NCBI GenBank assembly: GCA_965217775.1
Contig: CBDCJH010000002.1
Span: forward strand, 1,856,001-1,920,000
DNA length: 64,000 bases
Direction of reading: 5' to 3'
Source of the DNA: Acidobacteriota bacterium
GTDB lineage: Bacteria > Acidobacteriota > UBA6911 > RPQK01 > JAJDTT01
The first letter of the stretch is position 1. Every line of letters starts with the position of its first letter. The translations under genes were made by a program, and so were the position numbers. This document shows, in pieces, positions 1 to 8,842 of this stretch. The notes beneath the pieces were generated by a model. It searched no databases. It was not told where the DNA came from and was given only the letters and a program-made list of their open reading frames with translations.

Positions 1-413
1 TCGTAGTTGGGCGCGAAATGTCCCATATGGGTCACCAGGGGCCAGCAGTTGATGGAGACGGTGGGCTGCACGCCCTTGGGGAATGCGCTCCGGTAGAGAG
101 ACAGTGGCCCGCGCGACACGTCGTGCATGATCTGCCAGTCCATGTCGGGCGGCTCGGTGGGGAAATTCCGGTCCAATGTCTCCAAGGTCAGATCGAACAT
201 CTCCGGTGCCGTCATGCCGGGATCGATCTCCAGCAAACGGAGCGATGCATAGAGACGATCCAGGTGGTGTTCCAAGCGAAACGGTTCCCCCCCGAACGTC
301 CGGGCCACCTCGAATGCCATGTCTCCGAACATGAGGGACGAGTCGAATATGGAGACCCGAGCCTCGGACTCGGGCACGAACTCACCGTTGAAATAGACGA
401 TTCTTCCTGACAT
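1..413 (-). CDS. Aminotransferase class IV (branched-chain/D-amino acid aminotransferase family), runs off the window edge
   Basis: Not in the ORF track. The reverse strand reads MSGRIVYFNGEFVPESEARVSIFDSSLMFGDMAFEVARTFGGEPFRLEHHLDRLYASL, the typical class IV N-terminus; GGAGG RBS just upstream of the ATG at 413. Confidence 0.85.
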   Translation of the reverse strand, partial: MSGRIVYFNGEFVPESEARVSIFDSSLMFGDMAFEVARTFGGEPFRLEHHLDRLYASLRLLEIDPGMTAPEMFDLTLETLDRNFPTEPPDMDWQIMHDVSRGPLSLYRSAFPKGVQPTVSINCWPLVTHMGHFAPNY

Positions 414-540
414 CAGCGCTCCTCCAAGAGAGCGATTGTACCCGTTTGGCTCGTCTTTCTCACGCCGGGCACATCTGCGATGCCCTGCGGACGGCGTTCG
501 GTGAGTGAGTCGACAAATATGGTGTTGACGAAATGCGCCG

Positions 541-1872
541 CTACCGAAGTATCCCCTGAATATAGGTGCTCACGCCCTGGGTAAAATCGTCCTCGACCTG
601 ATCGGTGAAGGGCGTGACACTGCCGGGTTCGTAGCCTCCTTCCGCGAAGGCCTGCCGGGTGGGCAGATACCCTAGAAAACCATTCGTGTAGCCTACGAAG
701 AATGTGAAGGGAAAGGGAGAATGGTTGCGTACGTTGATGGCGATCTCGCAGAAGAGCTCGACCGGCGCCGTCCATAGGACGAGATCCTGGTTGAGCTTCA
801 GGAAGCGTACCGGGACGCGAATCAGGCTCACTCCGGTTTCCGTCACCCGAAGGTAATGCGCCAGCTCCTCGACCCAGCCGAAGCCGGCCTTGCGGGGAGT
901 CTCGATGACCGTTTCTCCAGTCCACAAAACGACCTTTGAAGTGCCGCTCTTCAGTGAGCGATTCGCCTGCAGGATTCGATCCCCCAGCATCACGTTGAAC
1001 TGGGTGATGTGACCTCTCTTGAAATTCGGACGAGTGCTGTAGATGGGGGCGATATTCCCGGCCGCACCGTTGATATACAGCATCGGCGCACCCAGCTTTT
1101 CCTCCACGTACTCGGCCACGATCCCCTGAGCATCTCCGCTGATCAGGAGATTCTCGGACCCGAGAACGGTCCCGTGCATGGCATATTTGGCAATCAGAGC
1201 CAGCGGCGACCCGTCCAACCGGTCCAGCCGAATCAGCCCGATCTGACGGTCCACCGGTCCGTCCGGATTCATTCCCAGGGAGGCGCTTCCATCGACATCG
1301 ATGGCGCGCCGGTTGATATTCGCCATCGAATGACCGGTCGTCACTCCCAGACGCGCCGGTTCCAGTTTCGATCGAGCCTCCCGAATGCCTGCGATCAGTC
1401 GGGCTTTCACCATCTCGGAATATTCAGGGTTGGGCTCGTGCAAGTATCTGCTGGCCAGCATGATCTTGATGATTCCCGGCGAGCCCACCTCGGGAGCCGA
1501 GTGGGTGTGCGTCAGGGTCCACCACACCTGCTCGGACTTGATCCCCGTCTCCGTCTCCAATTCTCTGGAAAACTGTTCGTAGAAGGCAGGAGAAATGGCG
1601 GCCAGATCCGAGGAGACGAGAAAGAACTGCATCTTCCCATCATCCATTGCGGCGATTCGATGATAGAGGCGGTCGTGGACCCCCTCGGACTTTCTGGGGC
1701 CGTAACCCAATAGCCACAGAGATTCTTCCGGGGTGATATCCACCTTTACGCAGGAAGCCCGAAAATCCCCGGAGGCTGCTCCAAGGAGCGATACCGCAAC
1801 GGCCATGACCAGAATCGGTACGAAGATTATTGAGCTGTGAAATCGTTTCATTGTCGGATTCTGTTTCGTCAT
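541..1872 (-). CDS. Neutral/alkaline ceramidase-family secreted hydrolase
   Basis: Signal peptide; motifs KVDITP, THTHSAP, NINRR, YAMHGTV, GAAGNIAP, GYLPT..AF.EGGYE. Confidence 0.8.
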   Translation of the reverse strand: MTKQNPTMKRFHSSIIFVPILVMAVAVSLLGAASGDFRASCVKVDITPEESLWLLGYGPRKSEGVHDRLYHRIAAMDDGKMQFFLVSSDLAAISPAFYEQFSRELETETGIKSEQVWWTLTHTHSAPEVGSPGIIKIMLASRYLHEPNPEYSEMVKARLIAGIREARSKLEPARLGVTTGHSMANINRRAIDVDGSASLGMNPDGPVDRQIGLIRLDRLDGSPLALIAKYAMHGTVLGSENLLISGDAQGIVAEYVEEKLGAPMLYINGAAGNIAPIYSTRPNFKRGHITQFNVMLGDRILQANRSLKSGTSKVVLWTGETVIETPRKAGFGWVEELAHYLRVTETGVSLIRVPVRFLKLNQDLVLWTAPVELFCEIAINVRNHSPFPFTFFVGYTNGFLGYLPTRQAFAEGGYEPGSVTPFTDQVEDDFTQGVSTYIQGILR

Positions 1873-1962
1873 TACAAACTCCCACGTTAGAGGACGTTGG
1901 ATCGGAATCCATTCTCAGGTCTCATTGAATACGTCTGACGAACAGGACAGGGCGTCGCATTC

Positions 1963-3879
1963 TCACTCAGCCCTGACCTGAATCTTGATCCGGCGCCGGT
2001 CCACTCCGCCACGGGTGGAGTGGATGGAGACCTCCGCGTCCACCGACTCGACGTCCTTGAGCCGTACCCTCCAGGCCACGGTCCGATTCTGCGCCGGGTC
2101 CAACCAACCTGCCTCAATATCCTTGCTTCGCAGCGACGGCTCCAAGATCTTTACTTTCCCGCTCTCCACAAGCTCTTCGTCGAATTTGATCCGGGCCGTG
2201 TCCGGCTTCACGATCTTGACCCGCCGGGCCTGGACCAGGGCCGTGGGGAGATGGCCCACATTACGGTAGGTGAGCTCGATGGAATAGTCCCCGGGGGCCA
2301 GAGACCTCACCCGGATCCGTGAAATCCGGACCTGAGGGAGTTGCCTGGCCAGGAACAGATTGAACCGGGTGCTCTTGAGCGCCCACTCCTCAAGCAGGTC
2401 CACGGGCGGATTCCAGAAGGCGAACTTGGGCGTGAATCCCCCGATCTCCACTTCTCCCAACTGGGGATGTGCGATCTTCTTCCAGGGAATGAACTCCTTG
2501 CCGCCGCGCTCCCGGTCGTTCCAGACCATGGCGTCGTAGTCGTCCAGTCTGCCGTCCCCGTCAAAATCCTCCTTGCGTCCAATGTTCCAGAGCTCGTCGT
2601 TGTACCAGATGGAGCCGAAGTAGAAGTATCCGAAGTCGGGCCCGTGGCCGAACAGCGGGATGGGCCGGCTCGGCTCCCCGGTGATGACATGGAAGGGATG
2701 GACGTTCCGGTAGTCCTCGTAGACGTCGCCGGCCCACGGATACCCCGAAATCGCCTTCCCCTGTTTGTCCAGGTAGACGTACCACTTGAGGTCCTCAGGG
2801 GCCATGCTCTCCTGGCTGCGGCTGGTGGAGGGCGGACGCAGGTGCATGGCCATGGGCGTGTCCATGGACTGGCCGATGGCCACGTTGGGATGGGTCAGCA
2901 GGAAGAGGACCACGGCCCGCGTCTCCGGCTCGGACAGGGGGTATTCGCCCGCGCCCACCTGGGTGAACCCCCGGCCGGTGGCGTCCCGGCCCGGTTCCGG
3001 CCGCCAGTTCTCCGGATAGTTGCGGTGCAGGTCGAGTCCGCCGATCCCGTCCTCGTTGAACTTGCCGTCCCCGTCGTTGTCCACGCCCTCCGGGTCGACC
3101 TGCCAGTCCCCCTCCCCCTCGGGCACCATCTTCATGAGCCGCTCCGGGTCTCTCGGGTCCCGGATGGCGTTTCCCTTCCCCTCTCCCACATGGTGGCGCA
3201 TCTGCAGCAGGAGGCCGTCGCCGTCCAGATCCTCGCCCGGGTCCTCGTCCAGGAGGCCGTCCCGGTCCGTGTCGTGGGGACGGACCGAGCTGCGATTGGT
3301 CTGGGCCGTCAGCAGGAAGAGCTCGGCGCCGTCGGGATTGTTCACCGGGCGCAGGTAGAAGGCCTTGGTATCCACCAAGTGGGTGATCTCGGGGTCCTTT
3401 CCGTACCCGGTCACCAGCAGATGAATGAGCTGGACGATGGAGACGGAACTGGCGATCTCGCCCGAATGACGGCCGCCCTCGGCGAACATGGCCGGCTTGT
3501 CGGTGTCCTTGCCCGTCTCCCGGTTGGTCACGGTCACCTGCCAGATCTCGCGCCCCTCGAAGGTCCGGCCCACCGAGTAGAGCTCCAATATCTGCGGATA
3601 CTCCCGCGCCCACCCCTGGAGGAACCCGTGGATCTCGCCATAGGTGGGATAGTGCTCGAAGTCCAGTTCTCCTTCCTTCAGAGGCTTCACTTCCGGGTAA
3701 TGGACCCGGGGAAAGAAACTTGGACCGTCCCGTTTTCCCCCGACCCGGTAGGTCTCCGCTGCCTTTTCTTCGCCAGCTCCAGGTTCGGATTGAGGTTGTG
3801 CCCCAAAACCGACTTCGGCATAAACCCCTGCCAGAACCGCAGCGGCGATCCAGGTCAGACTCTTCCTTCTCATATCCAT
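1963..3879 (-). CDS. M14 family zinc carboxypeptidase, secreted
   Basis: HSGE zinc motif, NPDG, DLHRNY, SEPETRA; Ca-binding DxDGDG repeats; start chosen at MDMRRK with GGAGGT RBS. Confidence 0.85.
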   Translation of the reverse strand: MDMRRKSLTWIAAAVLAGVYAEVGFGAQPQSEPGAGEEKAAETYRVGGKRDGPSFFPRVHYPEVKPLKEGELDFEHYPTYGEIHGFLQGWAREYPQILELYSVGRTFEGREIWQVTVTNRETGKDTDKPAMFAEGGRHSGEIASSVSIVQLIHLLVTGYGKDPEITHLVDTKAFYLRPVNNPDGAELFLLTAQTNRSSVRPHDTDRDGLLDEDPGEDLDGDGLLLQMRHHVGEGKGNAIRDPRDPERLMKMVPEGEGDWQVDPEGVDNDGDGKFNEDGIGGLDLHRNYPENWRPEPGRDATGRGFTQVGAGEYPLSEPETRAVVLFLLTHPNVAIGQSMDTPMAMHLRPPSTSRSQESMAPEDLKWYVYLDKQGKAISGYPWAGDVYEDYRNVHPFHVITGEPSRPIPLFGHGPDFGYFYFGSIWYNDELWNIGRKEDFDGDGRLDDYDAMVWNDRERGGKEFIPWKKIAHPQLGEVEIGGFTPKFAFWNPPVDLLEEWALKSTRFNLFLARQLPQVRISRIRVRSLAPGDYSIELTYRNVGHLPTALVQARRVKIVKPDTARIKFDEELVESGKVKILEPSLRSKDIEAGWLDPAQNRTVAWRVRLKDVESVDAEVSIHSTRGGVDRRRIKIQVRAE

Positions 3880-4067
3880 CCTGAGCGACCTCCGAGGCCG
3901 ATTATGGCTGCAAGTCATCATGTGCTCGTGCCCCGCTGGAACCGGATCAGTTTCCTTCGACGGCTGCGCCATTTCAAGAATCTTGCGTTCGTCCCATTTT
4001 GACCCGGAGATATCGGATGGATAGACTCGCTGTCCGTTCCTGACGGGCCACACGGAGGATCCGAACG

Positions 4068-5579
4068 ATGAGACCACTTCTGCTCGCGGCTCTGCTGTTC
4101 ACGACACCTGCATTGAACGCCGGAAGTCACCACCAGACCCAACCTCTCGAGATCGGCGACCGGCTGGAGCTCATGGTAGACGACTACTTGATCGACTCCA
4201 TGACCGGGGACGTCCGGCTGGAGCTTCAAACCCCCACCTCCGGCGGCAGAGTGCTCCATTTCGACAAGCCTTGGGAGGGCACGACCTGCTTCTACGTCTC
4301 GGTGGTTCACGGCGACGGCCTCTACCGCATGTACTACCGGGGCCACAGCCTCCCGTCCTCCGCAGCCCCGTCCCTTCTGGAACCGGGCGAGACCATGGTC
4401 CCCGAACATCCCGAGATGACCTGCTACGCCGAGAGCCGGGACGGCCGGACCTGGACCAAGCCCGCGCTGGGTCTGGTGGAGTTCGACGGATCGAAACAGA
4501 ACAACATCATCTGGGACCGCTTCGGCAACCACAACTTCATGGTCTTCCTGGACACCAATCCCAAAACGCCACGCGAGGAACGGTACAAGGCATTGGCCTC
4601 GGGGGAACCCAACCACCCGTTGAAACGGATGGTGGGGATGGTTTCGCCCGACGGGATCCACTGGAAACCCATCCGTGAGGAGGCCATCCTGACGCAGCCT
4701 CCCACGGACTGGGGAGGCGACGAGATCTTCTGGGACCAGTTCAGGAATGAGTATGTCGCTTATCTCCGGGTCTGGTTTCCACCTCGTCACGATGGTGCAG
4801 GCGAGCGCCGGATGCCCACCATCCGGGCCATCGCCCGGGCCACCTCACCCGATTTCCTGAACTGGAGCAAGCTGGAGGACATCGAGTTGGGGGAGGGTCC
4901 CCGGGACCAGTTCTACACCAACGGCATTACGCCTTACTACCGGGCGCCCCACATCTTCCTGGGCTTCCCCAAGCGTTTCGTTCCCTGGCGGACCAAGATT
5001 GCCGATGCGCCCGAGAACGGGGTCTCCGAAACGGTGTTCATGACCAGCCGCGACGGTCTGAACTGGGACCGCAGGTTCCCCCAAGCCTTCATTCGGCCCG
5101 GCCGCGAGAAGAGGAACTGGTACAACCGCACCAACATGACCTCTACCGGAGTGGTCTCCACAGGAGATGACGAGATCTCCCTCTACGTGCTCCGCCACTA
5201 CAAGTTTCCCAGCATTCACATGGAGCGGATGGTCCTGAGGACCGACGGATTCGTCTCCCTCAACGCCGGCTACGGCGGAGGAGAAGTCGTCACCAAGCCT
5301 CTGACCTTCAAGGGGAGCAACCTGGTGCTCAACTTCGCCACCTCCGCGGCGGGAAGCATCCACATCGAGATCCAGGACGAGTCGGGGCGGCCGCTTCCCG
5401 GCTTCGCGCTGGAGGAATCGCCGCTGGTCTGGGGGGACGAGATCGAGTACACCGTCAGGTGGAAGCGTTCCCACGCCGGCGCGAATTCGGATGAACCTTT
5501 GAAGCGGATTGCTGGCAAACCGGTCCGGCTGCGTCTGGTGATGAAGGACGCCGACCTCTTTTCGCTACGGTTTCGTTGA
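4068..5579 (+). CDS. Secreted beta-propeller glycoside hydrolase-like protein (GH32/GH43/BNR-like); the intact copy
   Basis: Signal peptide; Asp-box repeats YAESRDGRTW, SPDGIHW, TSPDFLNW, TSRDGLNW; C-terminal LRTDGFVS...LFSLRF domain. Confidence 0.75.
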   Translation: MRPLLLAALLFTTPALNAGSHHQTQPLEIGDRLELMVDDYLIDSMTGDVRLELQTPTSGGRVLHFDKPWEGTTCFYVSVVHGDGLYRMYYRGHSLPSSAAPSLLEPGETMVPEHPEMTCYAESRDGRTWTKPALGLVEFDGSKQNNIIWDRFGNHNFMVFLDTNPKTPREERYKALASGEPNHPLKRMVGMVSPDGIHWKPIREEAILTQPPTDWGGDEIFWDQFRNEYVAYLRVWFPPRHDGAGERRMPTIRAIARATSPDFLNWSKLEDIELGEGPRDQFYTNGITPYYRAPHIFLGFPKRFVPWRTKIADAPENGVSETVFMTSRDGLNWDRRFPQAFIRPGREKRNWYNRTNMTSTGVVSTGDDEISLYVLRHYKFPSIHMERMVLRTDGFVSLNAGYGGGEVVTKPLTFKGSNLVLNFATSAAGSIHIEIQDESGRPLPGFALEESPLVWGDEIEYTVRWKRSHAGANSDEPLKRIAGKPVRLRLVMKDADLFSLRFR

Positions 5580-6286
5580 ATTGGATGCGTCCGATCTACT
5601 GGCCGATGTGCGGCCGTAGGGACCGGACGTACCTCTGAATCGGATCACGGCGATTCTGATATTCTGAGACTCGCTGAAGTACCGCGCGTAGCCAGCCTCT
5701 CGACTAGTTTGAGCGCTGGGAAATGTAAGCACTGACCAGAGCACACACACATAGCCGCGCCGACGCAATTGAAGGGCCCAAGAACGTCGCTACCGGAGCC
5801 GTTTGCTCCGACGAATCCGGATGTCCGCAGTTGAGATCCTCGGTGCCGCCAACAGGGTACGATAATATACTTCATCGTAGTCTTACCCGCGCCCCTGACT
5901 CCCCAGATTTCTGCGACCTCCCCATCCATATGGTGGCTTCCACTATTCCAGGGCGTCCCGCCGTCAAAGCTGAGCTTGGTTTCAGAGCAGATCTCTCGGT
6001 ACGAGGGAACCGTCGAATACCGAATCACATGAACGCATGATACTGTACGTCGTAAGAAACCATCGGATCGGTGATCAGTGTGAAGTTTCGGCGTTGGGCG
6101 TTGATTCTACCTGCGACGGCCTTGTGTGCCGCCATTCTCTCATGCGAAGGCGAGACGGTATCGAGGGGAGACAAGAAGCAGTTCCTTGAAGAAGTTGATC
6201 GTCTCGATAATCCTTCCAAGAAGAGAGCTGAACTCGAAGCGTACATCAATCGAAATCCAGGCGGTCCCCACCTGTCACTCGCATAT

Positions 6287-6444
6287 CAGTCCGTGGTGAA
6301 AGTCGCGCGAGCACCGAGACTGTTCCTGCGCCCGCCGGACAAGGCGCGATTCGGGTGCATACCGGGAGTATGTGCCCGAATCGCAACTCAGTCCGCCGGG
6401 ATGCAGGGACGGTCGAATGCCGTGACGACTTTTGCCACGGGCTG
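6287..6444. mobile_element. 158-bp MITE, copy 1
   Basis: TIRs CAGTCCGTGGTGAAAGTC / GACTTTTGCCACGGGCTG; 4-bp target duplication ATAT (6283-6286, 6445-6448); near-identical copy at 31689-31846. Confidence 0.9.
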
Positions 6445-7306
6445 ATATGGCCTTTTGCTGGACATCCTGAGAACAGAGGACCCTCAGGACGCGCTCAATT
6501 TGGCAGATAGAATACTGAACGAGCACAAGACAGACACCGAACTCCACTATTACGCCTACCGCACAAAGTTCACCGCGTATGAAGATCTAGGTGACCGGAA
6601 GTCCGCCGCAGCATTAGCCCGCCAAGTCCTCATCTCTGAGAGTGATCCGAACCTCCTCCGTCTCGCCACCCCTCATGATCCCGATAAGGCGGAAGAGTAC
6701 GAGGCGCGGATTCAAAGCGCGGATATCAAATCTAATGAGATCCTAGCCGTTGCCTGGGAGTCGGAATTGTACGACTTAATGCCCAGTGACTTGGAAAACA
6801 TGTCAGATGAAGACAAAGCCCGCCGTTTGACTCAACTGATCCCGATCTACGAAGCACTCCCGGAGAGCGACCTCGCCTTCATCGACAAATTTCCTGCTCT
6901 TTACTTCGAGATTGCTCACCTATTGGCCCGTTTGGGAGACGGTGAGTCGGCCCTCTCTTATCTTGAGCGAGTCGAGGAAGTACCGGGATCAGACTGGCAT
7001 CTTGCCAGCGAACGTGGCGAAGTCTACGTAAAAATGGAAAAACCCTTATTAGCCATAGAAGCCTTTACTGAGGCGCTCGCTTTGACCATGGCTCCGTGGC
7101 TTTGGCAACGGATTCAGGAGATCTGCGAATCCGTGGGGGAATCTCCGGAGAAATGGCTGGCCCGAAGCCGCCAAATTCGCGCCGAACGACGATGGATTTT
7201 TCCCGATCTGAACCTGGAGACGCCTGACAGCGAGAAATGGAATCTGCATGATTTCCTGGGTAGTGCTGGAAGTGTCGTCGTTTTCTTTTCACCCGGCTGA
7301 GGCGCA

Positions 7307-7332
7307 TGCATTGCGGAGTTTCCGCATTTGCA
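7307..7332 (+). promoter_or_regulatory. Putative bacterial SECIS hairpin
   Basis: TGCA-T-TGCGGA-GTT-TCCGCA-TT-TGCA stem-loop; the G-led apical loop begins ~18 nt after the in-frame UGA. Confidence 0.65.
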
Positions 7333-8140
7333 ACGTTTCCATGATCGCTACGCGGACTCGGGATTCCGCGTAGTACTCCTCGAATACCGCGGTTGGGAAC
7401 ATCAGGCGATCGAGTCATGGCTTGACAAGCAGGGTAGCAGTCTTCCCGTCCTCCTCGGGGCTGATCGAGAACGGCTTGAAAAGAAATACAATATTCGAGG
7501 CACTCCGACCAAGTTCATCCTCGACGAAAACGGGCGAGTACTGTTCCGTCAAATAGGATATGGCCCAGGTGTCGAGAAGATTCTGGAAGCGCAGATTAGA
7601 GAAACGCTAGGCATGAATCCTTTCTTGGAGTGATTTGCTTGAGCCCGACAGTGGAAACTTTAGGAAGCTCGAAAAATCACGACCTCCTTGACCCTTGATC
7701 CCTTCTCTGGCCCTCGGCCCAGGAGGCCAAGAAGCTTTTCGACGATGCACGGGCCAGTGGCCGCCATCTACGTTTTTCGCTTCGCCTCACGACGGGACCG
7801 CGTGACCGACGATGTATTTCAGAAGACGTGCAGAATCGCCAGCAGGCTAGGGCTGACGAATTCTGTTAACTGAAATTAACAGACGTTCTCTGGAAAAAGG
7901 GGGGAACGCCCGGGGGGGAATCAGCCCCAAGCCGCCCGGAAACACGGGTCAGAAGAAGAGGACCAAGCCCCTCGTGGGGGGAACAGAGTACGATAATTGC
8001 ACTTGATAACAATCTAACTAAGCCCTCCTCAATCTCCCCCCTTGCAACCCCGGCGACGGTCAGTGCGCCGGGGGAAGTGCATACTGAAACCACACACGCG
8101 TATGCTTGCATATACTGCTAGCGTTGGTTGAGACTCCCAG

Positions 8141-8456
8141 ATGAAGGGCAAGCATCGCAAGACTCTTGCGGCCGTCTTCCATGAGGCCGTGGAGGACTAT
8201 ATCGAGACTTGTGCCAGGATCGGCGCAGCCGCGGAAGTCCTATTCGGGCCGGGTGATGTTTCGCGTCAGCCCCGAGGTACACGGCAAGGCCGCGCAGGCG
8301 GCGGAGCTGGCCGGCAAGAGCCTGAACCAGTGGGCCGAAGAAGTGCTGGACCGTGCTGCACAGCAAGGCGCGGCGCGACTGCGGCCCATCCAGGCTGCTG
8401 CAGAAAGCTCTCCGCAGCGCCTCGCCCGAGCCGCACCATTCCTTCCCCCAGGCTGA
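8141..8456 (+). pseudogene. hicA-hicB deletion remnant
   Basis: MKGKHRKTLAAVF (HicA-like N-terminus) is joined directly to HEAVEDYIETC...PRKSYSGRVMFRVSPEVH..AAELAGKSLNQWAEEVL (HicB C-terminal RHH), with a frameshift. Confidence 0.7.
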
Positions 8457-8554
8457 CCAGGTGAAGCAGCCCGACGGGGCCAGCGAAGCGGACCCGGAGA
8501 TGGGCTTGACGGCACAGAAGGCCCGATTCCAGTCCCAGAATCGCCCCTGACGGC

Positions 8555-8725
8555 CCGTTCCAGCTCCGGTGGCCCGGCCGCTTCCCGCGCCGCAACGAAG
8601 GCGTCGAGGCTGGCCGCCGAACCTCCGCTCGTGAAAAGCCAGCCCGCGCTCTCCGGACAGCCCAGCCCGCGCCGGAGCCGGTCGATAACGACCAACTCAA
8701 GCTGGCTCGGCCCGCTCGCACCAGC
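8555..8725 (-). pseudogene. Internal fragment of a PLP-dependent (aromatic amino acid) decarboxylase
   Basis: GPSQLELVVIDRLRRGLGCPESAGWLFTSGGSAASLDAFVAARE resembles the conserved group II decarboxylase segment. Confidence 0.6.
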
Positions 8726-8739
8726 GAGGATAGCCGGTG

Positions 8740-8836
8740 CGGTACGATCGGGTTCGACGAGTTCCGCCTGCTTCCAGAGGGTTTCGTCCAACTCAGGAAT
8801 ATCGCTGAAATCAATATCCTCGTCTTGTATCGCCAC
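8740..8836 (-). pseudogene. BrnA-like antitoxin N-terminal fragment
   Basis: DEDIDFSDIPELDETLWKQAELVEP is typical of BrnA-family N-termini. Confidence 0.55.
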
Positions 8837-8842
8837 GATCCG

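Larger units (their letters stand above)
6071..7633 (+). pseudogene. TPR + TlpA/thioredoxin lipoprotein, selenoprotein (UGAC motif at 7298-7309), interrupted by a MITE
   Basis: ORFs 6071, 6455 and 7328 share one frame. Lipobox ILSC; TPR-like helices; VVVFFSPG-UGA-GACIAEFPHLQRF matches the TlpA CxxC region; ends GTPTKFILDENGRV. Removing 6287-6448 restores ...LAY-GLLLDIL. Confidence 0.8.

Noticed and set aside
2341-4002. Long antisense or alternate-frame ORFs (also 24032-25729, 36336-37985, 48668-50527, 52646-53977, 54592-56016)
   Set aside because: Shadow ORFs of high-GC genes that overlap well-supported CDSs and show no family motifs.
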